Source: an uncultured Eubacteriales bacterium
GTDB lineage: Bacteria > Acidobacteriota > Aminicenantia > Aminicenantales > Saccharicenantaceae
Length of the DNA stretch: 64,000 bases
NCBI GenBank assembly: GCA_964422165.1
Contig: CAYQZX010000052.1
Location: 92,663 to 156,662, forward strand
Direction of reading: 5' to 3'
This document shows, piece by piece, positions 38,554 to 48,348 of this stretch (its first letter is position 1; each line of letters opens with the position of its first letter). Both the position numbers and the translations under genes were made by a program. Below the pieces are notes generated by a model that was not told the origin of the DNA, searched no databases, and saw nothing but the letters and a program-made list of their open reading frames with translations.

Positions 38554-39768
38554 TCAGACTGATTTCCCGGGTTTGGCTAAATTACGGTACACCAGGTAAA
38601 ACACAAAAACTGCAGCCAGCTGGGCCATCACAGAAAAACCCACCATGGCCAGCAAGAGGCGGTCATAGAGAAAACCCATCAGAGCGCTTCCCACAAACCA
38701 GGCCAGCCCGAAGATTGAATTAAAGATTCCGTAAGCCGTAGCTCTTTTTTCCGGGGAAATTATGTTGGCCACTACGGCTTTAAGGATGGTTTCCAGAGCT
38801 CCCATGCCTGCTCCCCAGAGCACCAGGCCTGAAATCACTACCGGAGTTTTTCCGGAGAGAAAGGCCAGCGGGACAAAGAAAGCTGAAAGCAGGGTTGAAA
38901 TCATCAAAGCCTTCATCCCGATGCGGTCAAAGAGCTTTCCGAAAATTAGAGCAGCCACAGCGTCCACCCCCATGGCCAGAGTGTAAAGCAGGGGAATTGT
39001 GGCTCCGGAAAAAAGGGATTGTTTTTGAAAATGAAAACCCAGCAGAGGGAAATCAGCAAAACCGGCGGCCAGAAGAGAGGTTCCTATCAGGTAAAGCCAG
39101 AACCGGCGATCAAATTTTCCTGATTTTTCCGCTTCTTTAACTTCAAAATTCCGCGGTTCTGGAAAACGAAAACGGCTCAGGCTAAGGGTGATCATGGCCA
39201 GGATAGCCGGGATCAAAAGGAAAGCGAACCCCCGGCGGTAACTGGACAGGGTACCAAGCCCTCTGTTTAAGAAGATGACCAGAGAAAGAAATAGCGGTCC
39301 GAGCATAGCTCCAATCTGGTCCAGTACTTCTTCCAGGGCAAAGCCGAAACCTGTTCCTACCTGTCTCGCTGCATGAGAAACCATGGCATCCCGAGCTGGT
39401 TTACGGATGGCTTTACCCATCCGTTCTGCGACAATCAGGACCGCAGCCAGTTCCCAACGACCGACCAGAGCTAGGGCCGGAACTGCCAGAAGGTTGAGTC
39501 CGTAACCTACAAAGGTCAAAAGCCAGTAACTTCTGGTTTTATCAGCCAAAAGGCCACTGAGCAACCTCAAACCATAGCCGATGAATTCACCGAAACCAGC
39601 AACTACTCCAACTGCAAAAGCTGAAGCTCCCAGAAGTCCAAGGTATGGTCCGGTTAAGCTTCTGGCCCCTTCATAAGTCATATCGCTAAATAAACTGACC
39701 ACGCCCATCAGGACAATGAAGGTCAGAGCGTTTTTCTTAAGCTGAGCAGAATTAAACTCATCACTCAT
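38554..39768 (-). CDS. MFS transporter
   Basis: About 12 TM helices; VSLFSDMTYEG, ERMGKAIRKPARD, RATAYGIF. Confidence 0.88.
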   Translation of the reverse strand: MSDEFNSAQLKKNALTFIVLMGVVSLFSDMTYEGARSLTGPYLGLLGASAFAVGVVAGFGEFIGYGLRLLSGLLADKTRSYWLLTFVGYGLNLLAVPALALVGRWELAAVLIVAERMGKAIRKPARDAMVSHAARQVGTGFGFALEEVLDQIGAMLGPLFLSLVIFLNRGLGTLSSYRRGFAFLLIPAILAMITLSLSRFRFPEPRNFEVKEAEKSGKFDRRFWLYLIGTSLLAAGFADFPLLGFHFQKQSLFSGATIPLLYTLAMGVDAVAALIFGKLFDRIGMKALMISTLLSAFFVPLAFLSGKTPVVISGLVLWGAGMGALETILKAVVANIISPEKRATAYGIFNSIFGLAWFVGSALMGFLYDRLLLAMVGFSVMAQLAAVFVFYLVYRNLAKPGKSV

Positions 39769-39795
39769 TAGTTGAACCTCAGAGAATTACGGAAT

Positions 39796-39824
39796 ATTTT
39801 ACTGATGACAGGCTGTAATTTCAA
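39796..39824 (-). promoter_or_regulatory. Putative sigma70 promoter of the MFS gene
   Basis: Minus strand TTGAAA-17 nt-TAAAAT; GAGG SD before ATG 39768. Confidence 0.5.
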
Positions 39825-39892
39825 ATATTTCTTGACCTTCTGGGTAAAGCTGAGATATGAAATATTTTTAGTATTTTGTGCGGAGGATGGCA

Positions 39893-41161
39893 ATGGTTGA
39901 AAGACGGGATTTTCTTAGAATCAGTAGTTTGTTGACTTTGGCTTGGCTGTGTCCGGCAACCGGTCTAAAGGCTGCTCAAACCTCATTAGATAGAATTCCA
40001 GACCAGATTCTTCAGAAACTTCTTTCCAGAATTAAACCCTTCGGTCCTGAAGATTATGAAGAGAGGCTGAACAGGGCTTACCGGTTGATGGTTGAGAACC
40101 GAATTTCAGCTTTTTTCTGTGAACCAGGGCCTAGTCTTCAGTATTTTACTGGAGTCAACTGGTGGAGAAGCGAGAGACCGTTCGGATTTTTGCTTTTCCC
40201 CAATAGAAAGCCGGTCTGGATTGCTTCAGCTTTTGAACTGGACAGAGCCAGAGAGTTGATAAGTTCTGAACAGGAAATCCGGACCTGGGAAGAAAACGAA
40301 AGTCCATATCGGTTGATAGCCAGGACAGTTAAAGATTATGCCAGAGGGAAGAATCTTGGACTGGAACCGTCGACCAGAGCCTTTATTATCCACGGGCTGA
40401 GACGAGAGGCGAGCTGGATAGAGATTCAGGATGGAAGTCCAGTTTCGGACGGGTGCCGGGGAATAAAAACAGAAAAGGAAATAATCTGTCTGGAGGCGGC
40501 AAACCGAATAACTAAACTGGCTTACCGAGAAGCTTTTAAAAAAATAAGAGAGGGTATGACGGCTGAAGAGCTGGCTGGTTATATAAGAGAAGCCCATGCG
40601 GCTCTGGGGGTGGCAGGCAGTGGAGGTCCGTCTTTCGGACCGGCTTCTTCTTTTCCTCATGGGTCAAGGCAAAGGAAAAATCTGGCCGTCGGGGACATTA
40701 TCCTGGTTGACGGTGGCTGCCGGGTGGAAGGATACAGCTCTGATGTCACCAGAACTCTGGTCTTTGGTCAGCCGACGGATAAACATAAAAAAATCTGGGA
40801 GACTGTTCGGAAGGCCCAAATAGCGGCCCTGAAAGCCTGCCGGCCTGGAGTGCCCTGTGAAGAAGTTGATAAAGCAGCCAGGAAGGTGATTGAAGAGGCC
40901 GGCTATGGACCTGGTTACCGTTATTTCAGTCATCGCCTGGGGCACGGAATCGGATTGGAAGGCCATGAATATCCCTATCTGGTTCAGGGAAATAAGCTAA
41001 GAATTCAGCCCGGGATGACTTTTTCTAACGAGCCTGGAATTTATCTAGCAGGTGAATTTGGAATTCGAATTGAAGACTGCATGGTGGTCGAAGAAGATGG
41101 AGCTAGAATTATGGGTGGGCTGGAAGCAGCTTCTTTAGAAGACCCGTTTGGCCTTGATTAA
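39893..41161 (+). CDS. Tat-exported M24 Xaa-Pro peptidase family protein
   Basis: RRDFL twin-arginine signal; DGGC..GYSSDVTRT, HRLGHGIG..GHE, SNEPG, RIED. Start placed at ATG 39893 behind GGAGG. Confidence 0.88.
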   Translation: MVERRDFLRISSLLTLAWLCPATGLKAAQTSLDRIPDQILQKLLSRIKPFGPEDYEERLNRAYRLMVENRISAFFCEPGPSLQYFTGVNWWRSERPFGFLLFPNRKPVWIASAFELDRARELISSEQEIRTWEENESPYRLIARTVKDYARGKNLGLEPSTRAFIIHGLRREASWIEIQDGSPVSDGCRGIKTEKEIICLEAANRITKLAYREAFKKIREGMTAEELAGYIREAHAALGVAGSGGPSFGPASSFPHGSRQRKNLAVGDIILVDGGCRVEGYSSDVTRTLVFGQPTDKHKKIWETVRKAQIAALKACRPGVPCEEVDKAARKVIEEAGYGPGYRYFSHRLGHGIGLEGHEYPYLVQGNKLRIQPGMTFSNEPGIYLAGEFGIRIEDCMVVEEDGARIMGGLEAASLEDPFGLD

Positions 41162-41261
41162 GAAAAAACTGACTGTAGATTAGTTGTGACCGGCCTATCC
41201 AGGTGGGGTCTGGGTTTTTATGGTTGTTAGTTGCTTCTGGCAAATTAAAAAGCTCAGAAGC

Positions 41262-41300
41262 AAAAAAACTCCACCTTCCATAAAAAGGAGAATGGAATTT
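41262..41300 (-). terminator. Candidate intrinsic terminator of nikR
   Basis: Minus strand AAAATTCCA-TTCTCC-loop-GGAAGG-TGGAGTTTT imperfect stem running into a T-tract. A second 9-bp inverted repeat (TTGCTTCTG/CAGAAGCAA) lies at 41231-41263. Confidence 0.4.
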
Positions 41301-41315
41301 TGGGTCAGATCGGTA

Positions 41316-41735
41316 TCAGGGGATATCTCGCCCGGTAGTGGACATCAGCAGTCGACCATGCTTGACCCGGCGCAGGCTGAGAAGTTTACTGGCTGCCTTT
41401 TTTATCTGCCCGGCTTTTCCCTTTAAGATAATAGCTTCCAAACAGTTGTCTCGGTCAAGATGGATGTGAGTAGAGCTCATTATCAGGTTGTAGTGTTCAT
41501 GCTGGATGTTGGTTAGAACTTCAGGTAGTTCTCGATTTCCATGGTCATAAACCAGGCTGAGGATAGCCACCACCTCTTTCTGGTCGTCTTTCCATTCCTC
41601 TTCTACCAGCTTGTCTCTGATCAGGTCTCTGATAGCTTCAGAGCGGTTCTGGTAGCCATTTTTCTTCATCCAGAGGTCAAACTTTTTTGAAAGGTCGATT
41701 TCCAGAGAGATGCTAAATCTTACTAATTTTTCCAT
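41316..41735 (-). CDS. nikR: Nickel-responsive regulator NikR
   Basis: RHH domain VRFSISL...NRSEAIRDLIR; ACT domain LVYDH, QHEH, HIHL, CLE nickel ligands. Confidence 0.93.
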   Translation of the reverse strand: MEKLVRFSISLEIDLSKKFDLWMKKNGYQNRSEAIRDLIRDKLVEEEWKDDQKEVVAILSLVYDHGNRELPEVLTNIQHEHYNLIMSSTHIHLDRDNCLEAIILKGKAGQIKKAASKLLSLRRVKHGRLLMSTTGRDIP

Positions 41736-41741
41736 AATTAG

Positions 41742-41770
41742 AGCTTATGAAAAATCAAAGAGTCTGTCAA
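41742..41770 (-). promoter_or_regulatory. Putative sigma70 promoter giving a leaderless nikR transcript
   Basis: Minus strand TTGACA-17 nt-TAAGCT-6 nt-ATG; no SD. Confidence 0.6.
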
Positions 41771-41994
41771 ATTTAACGGGCAATTACTACTGAAATAGTA
41801 GGAAAAGTCTGGCTAAAAGGTTTGGCTGTTGACCCATCTTTCTGGATACAAAGTCCGGTTAATTTATTGAAGCGGGTCTTATTGTCTGGTGGAATGTGAT
41901 ATTTTAATGGTCTGAAGAGCTGGGTATTTTTTTCAGGCTTTCCAGTTAAACAAACAACTGCCTATAACCCTTAGAATTTTTCCCGTCCAGTTAA

Positions 41995-43191
41995 TCAATG
42001 GATTAAAATAAGTTCCTTTTGGGGATGACTCAGGTATTCGGCTCCTTTTTCGGTGAGCAGAACCATTTCTTCTATAGTTACCACTCCGTAACCTGGAACG
42101 GTCAGTCTGGGCTCCAGGGTAAATACCATTCCCGGTTCCAGCGGACGGAAAGGTTTGTCGGCGTATTTTTCCCAGGCTGGTCCAAGCAGGGCAGTTCCAT
42201 CGTGAGCAAACCGACCAACCTGATGTCCGAGAGCATGGGGAAATTCCTGATAACCGGCCTCAGTTACTATCTGACGGGCTATGGCGTCTATTTCTACTCC
42301 TCTGACACCTGGCTTCATGACTTTTCTGGCTTCCTCGATAGCCTTAACGATGGTCATAAAACCGGATTTAACCTCAGGTGGGGCTTCAGATTCGTTTTCT
42401 CTCAGGATATAAAAAGTTCTCTGCATATCCGAGCAATAATCGTCTACCTTCACCCCAAAATCCATATTCAGGATATGACCGCGTTCCACCTGGCGGTCGG
42501 TAGGGGAGTAATGAGCCTGAGCGGTGTCAGGACCGGTGAAAACAGCCGGACAGGTGCTCTGGCCCCAGGCAGTTTGAAGACCCCGCCTTTTGACTTCATC
42601 CAGAATGAATCTGGCGATTTGTTTTTCGGTTTTTCCAGGAGAAATAAATGATTTGACCAGCTCAAATATTTCTTCGGTTACGGAGATAGCTTTCCGGATG
42701 GCCTCAACTTCGACAGCTGACTTTCTTTCTCTTAGGGCCGAGACTATTTTTTCGGCGCTCTGCAGACGTTCTTCAAGCCCGATTTCTTTTAAGAGGTCAA
42801 AAAGAATTAAATACATTCCATAGGTCAGCCCATCGCAAATTTCGCTGGTACGGGAAAAATTAATGGCCAGACTTTTAGGGTTTATTTCTTTGAGATAATT
42901 CTGCAACGGCTCTTTTATTCCGGTGACGTAACCATCCACGGCTTCGTAAGCTCCGGTTTCCTCTATGGCCTTTTTATCGTAAAGCCCGACAATAGCTCTT
43001 TTTCTGCCGTCAGCACTGATGATGAAGGCTGAATGCCAGGTGACATGGCCCGGAGCCAGAAAGACCAGGCTGGGGTCGCCGCAAATTTCGCTTTCCCGGG
43101 TAAAAGTCATCCAGCAATCTACTCCGCTGGCTTTTAGTATTTCAACCGCCTGAGCTGTTTTTTCTTGAATCAAAATATTTTTGTTCAGCAT
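41995..43191 (-). CDS. M24 aminopeptidase P family protein (cytoplasmic)
   Basis: DFGV..DYCSDMQRT, HALGHQVG..AHD, TLEP, IEE. Start placed at ATG 43191 behind GGAGG. Confidence 0.88.
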   Translation of the reverse strand: MLNKNILIQEKTAQAVEILKASGVDCWMTFTRESEICGDPSLVFLAPGHVTWHSAFIISADGRKRAIVGLYDKKAIEETGAYEAVDGYVTGIKEPLQNYLKEINPKSLAINFSRTSEICDGLTYGMYLILFDLLKEIGLEERLQSAEKIVSALRERKSAVEVEAIRKAISVTEEIFELVKSFISPGKTEKQIARFILDEVKRRGLQTAWGQSTCPAVFTGPDTAQAHYSPTDRQVERGHILNMDFGVKVDDYCSDMQRTFYILRENESEAPPEVKSGFMTIVKAIEEARKVMKPGVRGVEIDAIARQIVTEAGYQEFPHALGHQVGRFAHDGTALLGPAWEKYADKPFRPLEPGMVFTLEPRLTVPGYGVVTIEEMVLLTEKGAEYLSHPQKELILIH

Positions 43192-43269
43192 TTTACTGAC
43201 CTCCTTCCCCAATAAAATTTACCCGATAAATTTTTCCTGTTTAACCCTATCCAATTGTTAGAATAAGCC

Positions 43270-44574
43270 TCATCGGCCGTAAGTTTCCAGTTTTTTCATA
43301 AAAACAGCTATCAGGAAAGTAGCCAGAGCCAGCAGAGCCGCCAGAATCATAAAATACTGATGGTGAGGGAAGCGGCTGTAAAGCTTTCCCAGCAAACCGC
43401 TGGCGTAACTTCCAAAGGCAATGGCTAAATACCAGCCTCCCATCATCAAGCCCCGAATTCTATCCGGAGCCACTTTGGAAACATAAGACAAACCCATAGG
43501 TGAGATGAGTATTTCAGCTATGGTTACCACAAAATAGGTGCTGATGAGCCAGAGCGGTGACATAATGTTTTCATCCCGATTTCCACCTTTGAGGCAGGCG
43601 GTAATCATTATGAACATGGCTCCGGTCATAACCAACATTCCAAAAAAGATTTTCCTCGGAGTGGTTGGCTCTTTCCCAGCTTCTCTCAGGCGCGTCATCC
43701 AGGAAAGCAGAAGGGGAGTTAAAATCAGGATGAAAAAAGGCTCAAAAAATTGGTAGGTTTCTGGCCTCAGCCAGTTCAGCTTAACGGTGGACCGGTCGGC
43801 AAACAGGGTCAGGGCAAAACCATTTTGATAAAAGGCCGTCCAGAACAGGATAACTATGGCGAAAAGCAGGCTCAAGGTCAGAATTCGGTCCTGAAACTCT
43901 CTATCGGCCGGTTTGGCAGTTGCGGAGTCAGGAGGATGATAGCTGTTCGGACTGGCTTCTTTCTTCATAATTTTTTGCTTAAAATCATCGGCTTCTTTGA
44001 GGTATTTCTGTCCGCTCTGGAAGATAATAAGAGCCAGAACCAGGCCAAAACCTGAAACCCAGAAGGAAAGATTGTAGCTCCGAAAAATGGCATTGTTAAA
44101 AGTGGCCAGGAGTGGAGCAATCATCGCACCAAGATTAACCCCCATGTAGAAGATGTTAAAGCCGGCATCTTTCAGCTGGGGTTTATCCTGGTAAATGTTA
44201 CCCACCAAAACCGACATGTTAACCTTGAAAATACCGGTTCCCACCGCCACCAGTAAAAGTCCCAGAATAAAAGTTGTAGTTTGGGTGGCGGAAGAAATGG
44301 CCAGACCGACGTAGCCTGTAGCCATCAGGATGGCTCCTGCTTTGATGGTAGCCAGCCGCCCGAGCAAACGGTCACCCAGCCAGCCTCCAGCCAGCGGGAA
44401 AAAATAGCACATAGCCAGGAAGAGGCCATACCAGTCTCCTTTCCTGGCATCAGACCATTTCAAAACATTATCCATATAAAGCACCAGGATAGCCATAAGA
44501 GTGTAGAACCCCACTCTTTCCCACATCTCTGTCAGGAAGATGTAACGCAAGGCTTTTGGATGGTTTTTTAACAT
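43270..44574 (-). CDS. POT/PTR-family proton-dependent di/tripeptide transporter
   Basis: ExxERxxxY motif (TEMWERVGFY), GGWLGDR, FYMGVNLG, AEILISP. Confidence 0.92.
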   Translation of the reverse strand: MLKNHPKALRYIFLTEMWERVGFYTLMAILVLYMDNVLKWSDARKGDWYGLFLAMCYFFPLAGGWLGDRLLGRLATIKAGAILMATGYVGLAISSATQTTTFILGLLLVAVGTGIFKVNMSVLVGNIYQDKPQLKDAGFNIFYMGVNLGAMIAPLLATFNNAIFRSYNLSFWVSGFGLVLALIIFQSGQKYLKEADDFKQKIMKKEASPNSYHPPDSATAKPADREFQDRILTLSLLFAIVILFWTAFYQNGFALTLFADRSTVKLNWLRPETYQFFEPFFILILTPLLLSWMTRLREAGKEPTTPRKIFFGMLVMTGAMFIMITACLKGGNRDENIMSPLWLISTYFVVTIAEILISPMGLSYVSKVAPDRIRGLMMGGWYLAIAFGSYASGLLGKLYSRFPHHQYFMILAALLALATFLIAVFMKKLETYGR

Positions 44575-44627
44575 TCTTGGTTTTCCTTAAGTTCTAATAG
44601 ATAAAAACTCCTGGACTCAGCGCCAGT

Positions 44628-45719
44628 TCAATCTATTTCGTATCGAAAGAGCTTGAGCTCTGGCAATGGTTCGGCTTTTCCTCTGTAGACATTCCAGTAG
44701 TATTCTCGAACCTCTTTAAGCTTCTGGTAAAGAGGATGGGATTTTTCCGGTAGGTGCTGGCCGATGAGGTTAAGGCGGTCGTCTACCAGATGCAGTTTTT
44801 CACAGCGGTTAAGGATGCCTGCAGTCCCTACCGAGGCTACAGTTATCAGCTCATTTTTTCTTGTCCTTTCGAGGAGCTCACCGTAGGTGAAAGGTCTTTC
44901 TTCAACTTTTATCCCCATAAACCTGAGAATAGCGACCATTCCTTTAATGGTGATAGAAGGAAGTATTAAGTTGCTCTCAGGAATCTTAACCACTGTGCCA
45001 TTTCTCAGAGCGAATAGACAGCAAGAAGAATCCCATTCGCTTATTTCTCTTTGTTCTATTGGCAAATAAGGTTTGTCGTCTAAAAAAAGGACGGCGGCTG
45101 CATCCGGCACCAGGCGTTTTGCTTCATCAATGGCTTTGATACTAATCAAATAGTTGATGCCCAGTTTTAAACATCCGGTGCCATTTACCCCCAGGGCTCT
45201 GACCAGATGGGGGATTACCACCCCAACAAATGGTTCTCCCAGGTACTGGTCGTACATACAGGTTACTGCCCGGATGGAGGGAAAGTTGGGAAAGGTAACG
45301 CCCATAGAATGTTCTTCATCAAGAGTGAAGGGCCGCAGATAGCCCTGAGCTCCTTTTTCAGCCATTTCCTCAAGGTAAGACCGTAGAGCCGGATGTGAAA
45401 AGAAATTTCGGATAAAAAGATTCTCCAGCTCTTCTCTGGTTGGTAAAATAGACTGCTGTTCGCGGCTAAGATTAAAGCTCATACTGCGGCGAAAACGTTC
45501 CAGGTTCTGGTCCCAGTTGACAAAAATCAGTTCCAGTTTCCCTCTCTCATTACGGCGGCAGAAATATCTGATACCTTCGAAGGCCAGAAAGCTGGCATAA
45601 TAAGTGGAGCGAGTGGCGGCGTAAGTCTTGGCTTCAGCCTCAAACATCTCAAAACTTTTGTCGTAAAGAAAATAGCGCATCTGTCCCGGTGCCCATTTAA
45701 CTCCTTCAAATTTAGCCAT
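44628..45719 (-). CDS. Class IV PLP aminotransferase (divergent branched-chain aminotransferase-like)
   Basis: AFEGIR, N..RFRRS, YLRP, catalytic Lys in GTGCLKLGINY, ILPSIT, GTAG. Confidence 0.75.
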   Translation of the reverse strand: MAKFEGVKWAPGQMRYFLYDKSFEMFEAEAKTYAATRSTYYASFLAFEGIRYFCRRNERGKLELIFVNWDQNLERFRRSMSFNLSREQQSILPTREELENLFIRNFFSHPALRSYLEEMAEKGAQGYLRPFTLDEEHSMGVTFPNFPSIRAVTCMYDQYLGEPFVGVVIPHLVRALGVNGTGCLKLGINYLISIKAIDEAKRLVPDAAAVLFLDDKPYLPIEQREISEWDSSCCLFALRNGTVVKIPESNLILPSITIKGMVAILRFMGIKVEERPFTYGELLERTRKNELITVASVGTAGILNRCEKLHLVDDRLNLIGQHLPEKSHPLYQKLKEVREYYWNVYRGKAEPLPELKLFRYEID

Positions 45720-45742
45720 GATTGACTCCTTATTAAGACTTT

Positions 45743-47017
45743 TTATTTAAGAACAATTTTTTCCAGTGCATCAAAAAAAGCATCAATGGTTTCAGGTCCG
45801 TCATAATGAGCCAGGCTGACTCGGTTGAGTCCCTCTTTTCTAAGATGTCTGACCACAACAGCTGAGTAGTGAGTGCCATCGGCAATTAGAATGCGGCTCT
45901 GTTCCCAGAGAGCCTTTTTCAATTGGTCGGCTCTGAAACCAGGAATCTCCAGGGCAAAGGTTGGGGTTCTATAGCCTATACTATCTTCCTGGGTGATTCC
46001 ATATAGCTGGCCCCTTCCAGGACCTAACCTTTTCCACCTTTCAAGGAAATAAAGGCTCAGGTCTCGCTCGTATCTTTTGATCGCTTCAAGAGCCAGCCGG
46101 AAAAGTTTCCGGTTGGAAGAAGGGATAATTCGGCTGGCTTGAGTCCGCCCTAGCTCCAGCAGATATTCCAGTGCCCCCTTCAGTCCAGCCAGGTTCAGGT
46201 TGGGTAGCATTCCCTGTTCCAGGTGGTAAGGGGGATAGTCTCTGGCCGGTTCTACCCGGTAGGGCTTAAGATAAGACCCGGTCTCTTCCCGGCAGTAAAG
46301 AACTCCCAGCATAGGGCCAAATATTTTGTAGCCTGAGAAAACCAGAAAATCGCAGCCGGCTTCTCGGACATCAATTGGAGCATGGGGTGCCAGATGGACA
46401 GCATCCACTACTACCAGGGTCCTGGACCTGGACTTTATTTCCATTATCAACTCAGTCAGAGGAAGAATGGTCCCGAGGGCGTTAGAGGCTGCAGGTAAAG
46501 CTACCAGTACTGTCTCAGCGTCAAGTTTGCTCATTAAATCTCTACGGTCTAGATCCAGCTCTGGAGTTAGTTTGACCCTTCTGATTTCTGCACCCCTAGC
46601 CGAGGCTATGGTTTCCCAGGGAGAAATGTTGGCAAAATGGTCCAGGTCAGTAATCAGACAGTTCTTGCCAGGAGCGAATAAATGTCCAAGGCTGAAGGCC
46701 AGGTTAAACAGAGCGTTGGTGGAAGAAAAATGAAAAGAAATTTCTTCCGGGCGGTGAGCTCCGATGAAGTCAGCTATGAGCTGCCTGACCTCCTGATGGA
46801 AAAGAGCCGTGGATCTTTCGGGGGGAGTTAAATCACCGGGCATAGGATTTAAGGTCGACCCGGTTGCCATTATTGACTTAAGACAGGAGTCAACCATCAA
46901 GCTTCCGGCTCCGCTGTTAAGGTAAATTCTCTTTTGGCCGGAATCATCTTTTTCAAGATAGGGGAATCGGTTTCGGTTTTTTAAAAAATGGCTTATGGTA
47001 ATATCTGGTTCGGGCAT
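45743..47017 (-). CDS. Class V PLP enzyme, cysteine desulfurase-like but lacking the catalytic Cys
   Basis: YLNSGAGS, LDHFANISPW, ASNALG, DAVH, SGYK (PLP Lys), RTPT, RVSLAHY; GTHY in place of the SufS GHHC motif. Confidence 0.8.
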   Translation of the reverse strand: MPEPDITISHFLKNRNRFPYLEKDDSGQKRIYLNSGAGSLMVDSCLKSIMATGSTLNPMPGDLTPPERSTALFHQEVRQLIADFIGAHRPEEISFHFSSTNALFNLAFSLGHLFAPGKNCLITDLDHFANISPWETIASARGAEIRRVKLTPELDLDRRDLMSKLDAETVLVALPAASNALGTILPLTELIMEIKSRSRTLVVVDAVHLAPHAPIDVREAGCDFLVFSGYKIFGPMLGVLYCREETGSYLKPYRVEPARDYPPYHLEQGMLPNLNLAGLKGALEYLLELGRTQASRIIPSSNRKLFRLALEAIKRYERDLSLYFLERWKRLGPGRGQLYGITQEDSIGYRTPTFALEIPGFRADQLKKALWEQSRILIADGTHYSAVVVRHLRKEGLNRVSLAHYDGPETIDAFFDALEKIVLK

Positions 47018-47157
47018 TGTTATTAAGGCTTATTTTTATAAAAATTCGGAAAAAAATTCAATCAGGAAAAAAATTTATCTAACTAATCAAATATCTGCCT
47101 CGGAAAATATTTTTGGACAGAAAGCAAGAGAACTAATCATAACACCGGATTATGGCA

Positions 47158-48252
47158 TTAGCGGATTTTATTCTGAACACAGCTTATGCCCCTTGGATTA
47201 AAGCATTTATTGCAGGAAAGACAGGGTGAGGTATCAAGCCGGCCTGAATTGAAGTCCAAAACCAGAAAAGGATTGTTGATAAAGGGACGGCTCATGGAAA
47301 TTAGGTCAACCTGGGCGCTGGCCACAAGTTTTTCAGCTATCCTGAAGGTTCTGAGACCGCCAAGACCGGCCACCGGTATTCTAAGCTCTTTTCTGATGGC
47401 TGTAGCCAGAGGAACAAAATAACCCTCTTCCTCTTCTGACCTCCGGCCGGGCCAGACCGAACCCAGACCAGCTTCATTCATTCCACCGCTAATTTCAATT
47501 GCCTCCAGACCGACTGTTTCTAAAGATGTGGCTATAGTTAAGGCTTCTTTGAGAGTCAGACCACCAGGCAGATGATCAGTAGCATTCATTTTAGCCATAA
47601 CCGGGAAGTCCTGGCCACAGGTTTTTTTTATTCCAGTGATTATTTCTATTAATATTTTGGACCTTTTCTCAGGAGTTCCACCCCAGTCATCTGTCCGCCT
47701 GTTGGTGTGTGGTGAGATAAAGCTGCTTAGCAGATAACCGTGAGCGGCGTGAAGCTGGACTCCGTCAAAGCCGGCTTCCCGGGCTCGCAGGGCTGCCCTG
47801 ACAAACCAATCTATGACCTGAAAAATTTCATCGCCAGTCAATTCCCGGGGTGTAATTCTGGAAACCGGATCATAGACCGCCGATGGGGCGAGCGGAGTTT
47901 GACCGCAAAGTTTAGGCCGGGTTTGACGTCCGGCATGGGCCAGTTGCAGGAAGATGGCCGAACTGCTCCCGGTCTGATGAACTGCTTCTGTAATTTTTTT
48001 TAGTCCTGGAATTTTTTCATCAGAATCAACGGCTATCTGTCTGGGACTGGCTTTACCTGAAAGATGAACGTAGGCATGGCCGGTAATTATCAGACCAATC
48101 TGACCTTGAGCCAGTTTCCGGTAAAGGTCAACCTGAGCTTCGGTCACCAGTCCTCCGCGGTCCTCTGCCAGAAAGTCATGAGTGGCCGAGCGGACGAACC
48201 GGTTTTGAATTTCGAGATTACCGATTTTAATCGGGGTAAACAGTATTGACAT
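47158..48252 (-). CDS. NADH:flavin oxidoreductase (Old Yellow Enzyme family)
   Basis: NRFVRSAT, QLAHAG, AGFDGVQLHAAHGYLLSSF.SP..NRRTD.WGG, C-terminal CLSCNKC. Start placed at ATG 48252. Confidence 0.9.
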   Translation of the reverse strand: MSILFTPIKIGNLEIQNRFVRSATHDFLAEDRGGLVTEAQVDLYRKLAQGQIGLIITGHAYVHLSGKASPRQIAVDSDEKIPGLKKITEAVHQTGSSSAIFLQLAHAGRQTRPKLCGQTPLAPSAVYDPVSRITPRELTGDEIFQVIDWFVRAALRAREAGFDGVQLHAAHGYLLSSFISPHTNRRTDDWGGTPEKRSKILIEIITGIKKTCGQDFPVMAKMNATDHLPGGLTLKEALTIATSLETVGLEAIEISGGMNEAGLGSVWPGRRSEEEEGYFVPLATAIRKELRIPVAGLGGLRTFRIAEKLVASAQVDLISMSRPFINNPFLVLDFNSGRLDTSPCLSCNKCFNPRGISCVQNKIR

Positions 48253-48348
48253 TTCTCCCTTCCTTTTCAAAAAACATTCTGATTATACGAAAAGAGAAAA
48301 TGGCTTTAAAGTTTTTTGTGGCTGAGTAAAATAAGACAGAGAAAGCCC

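Noticed and set aside
45743-47017. Annotation as sufS/iscS
   Set aside because: Catalytic Cys motif absent and no suf/isc genes adjacent.
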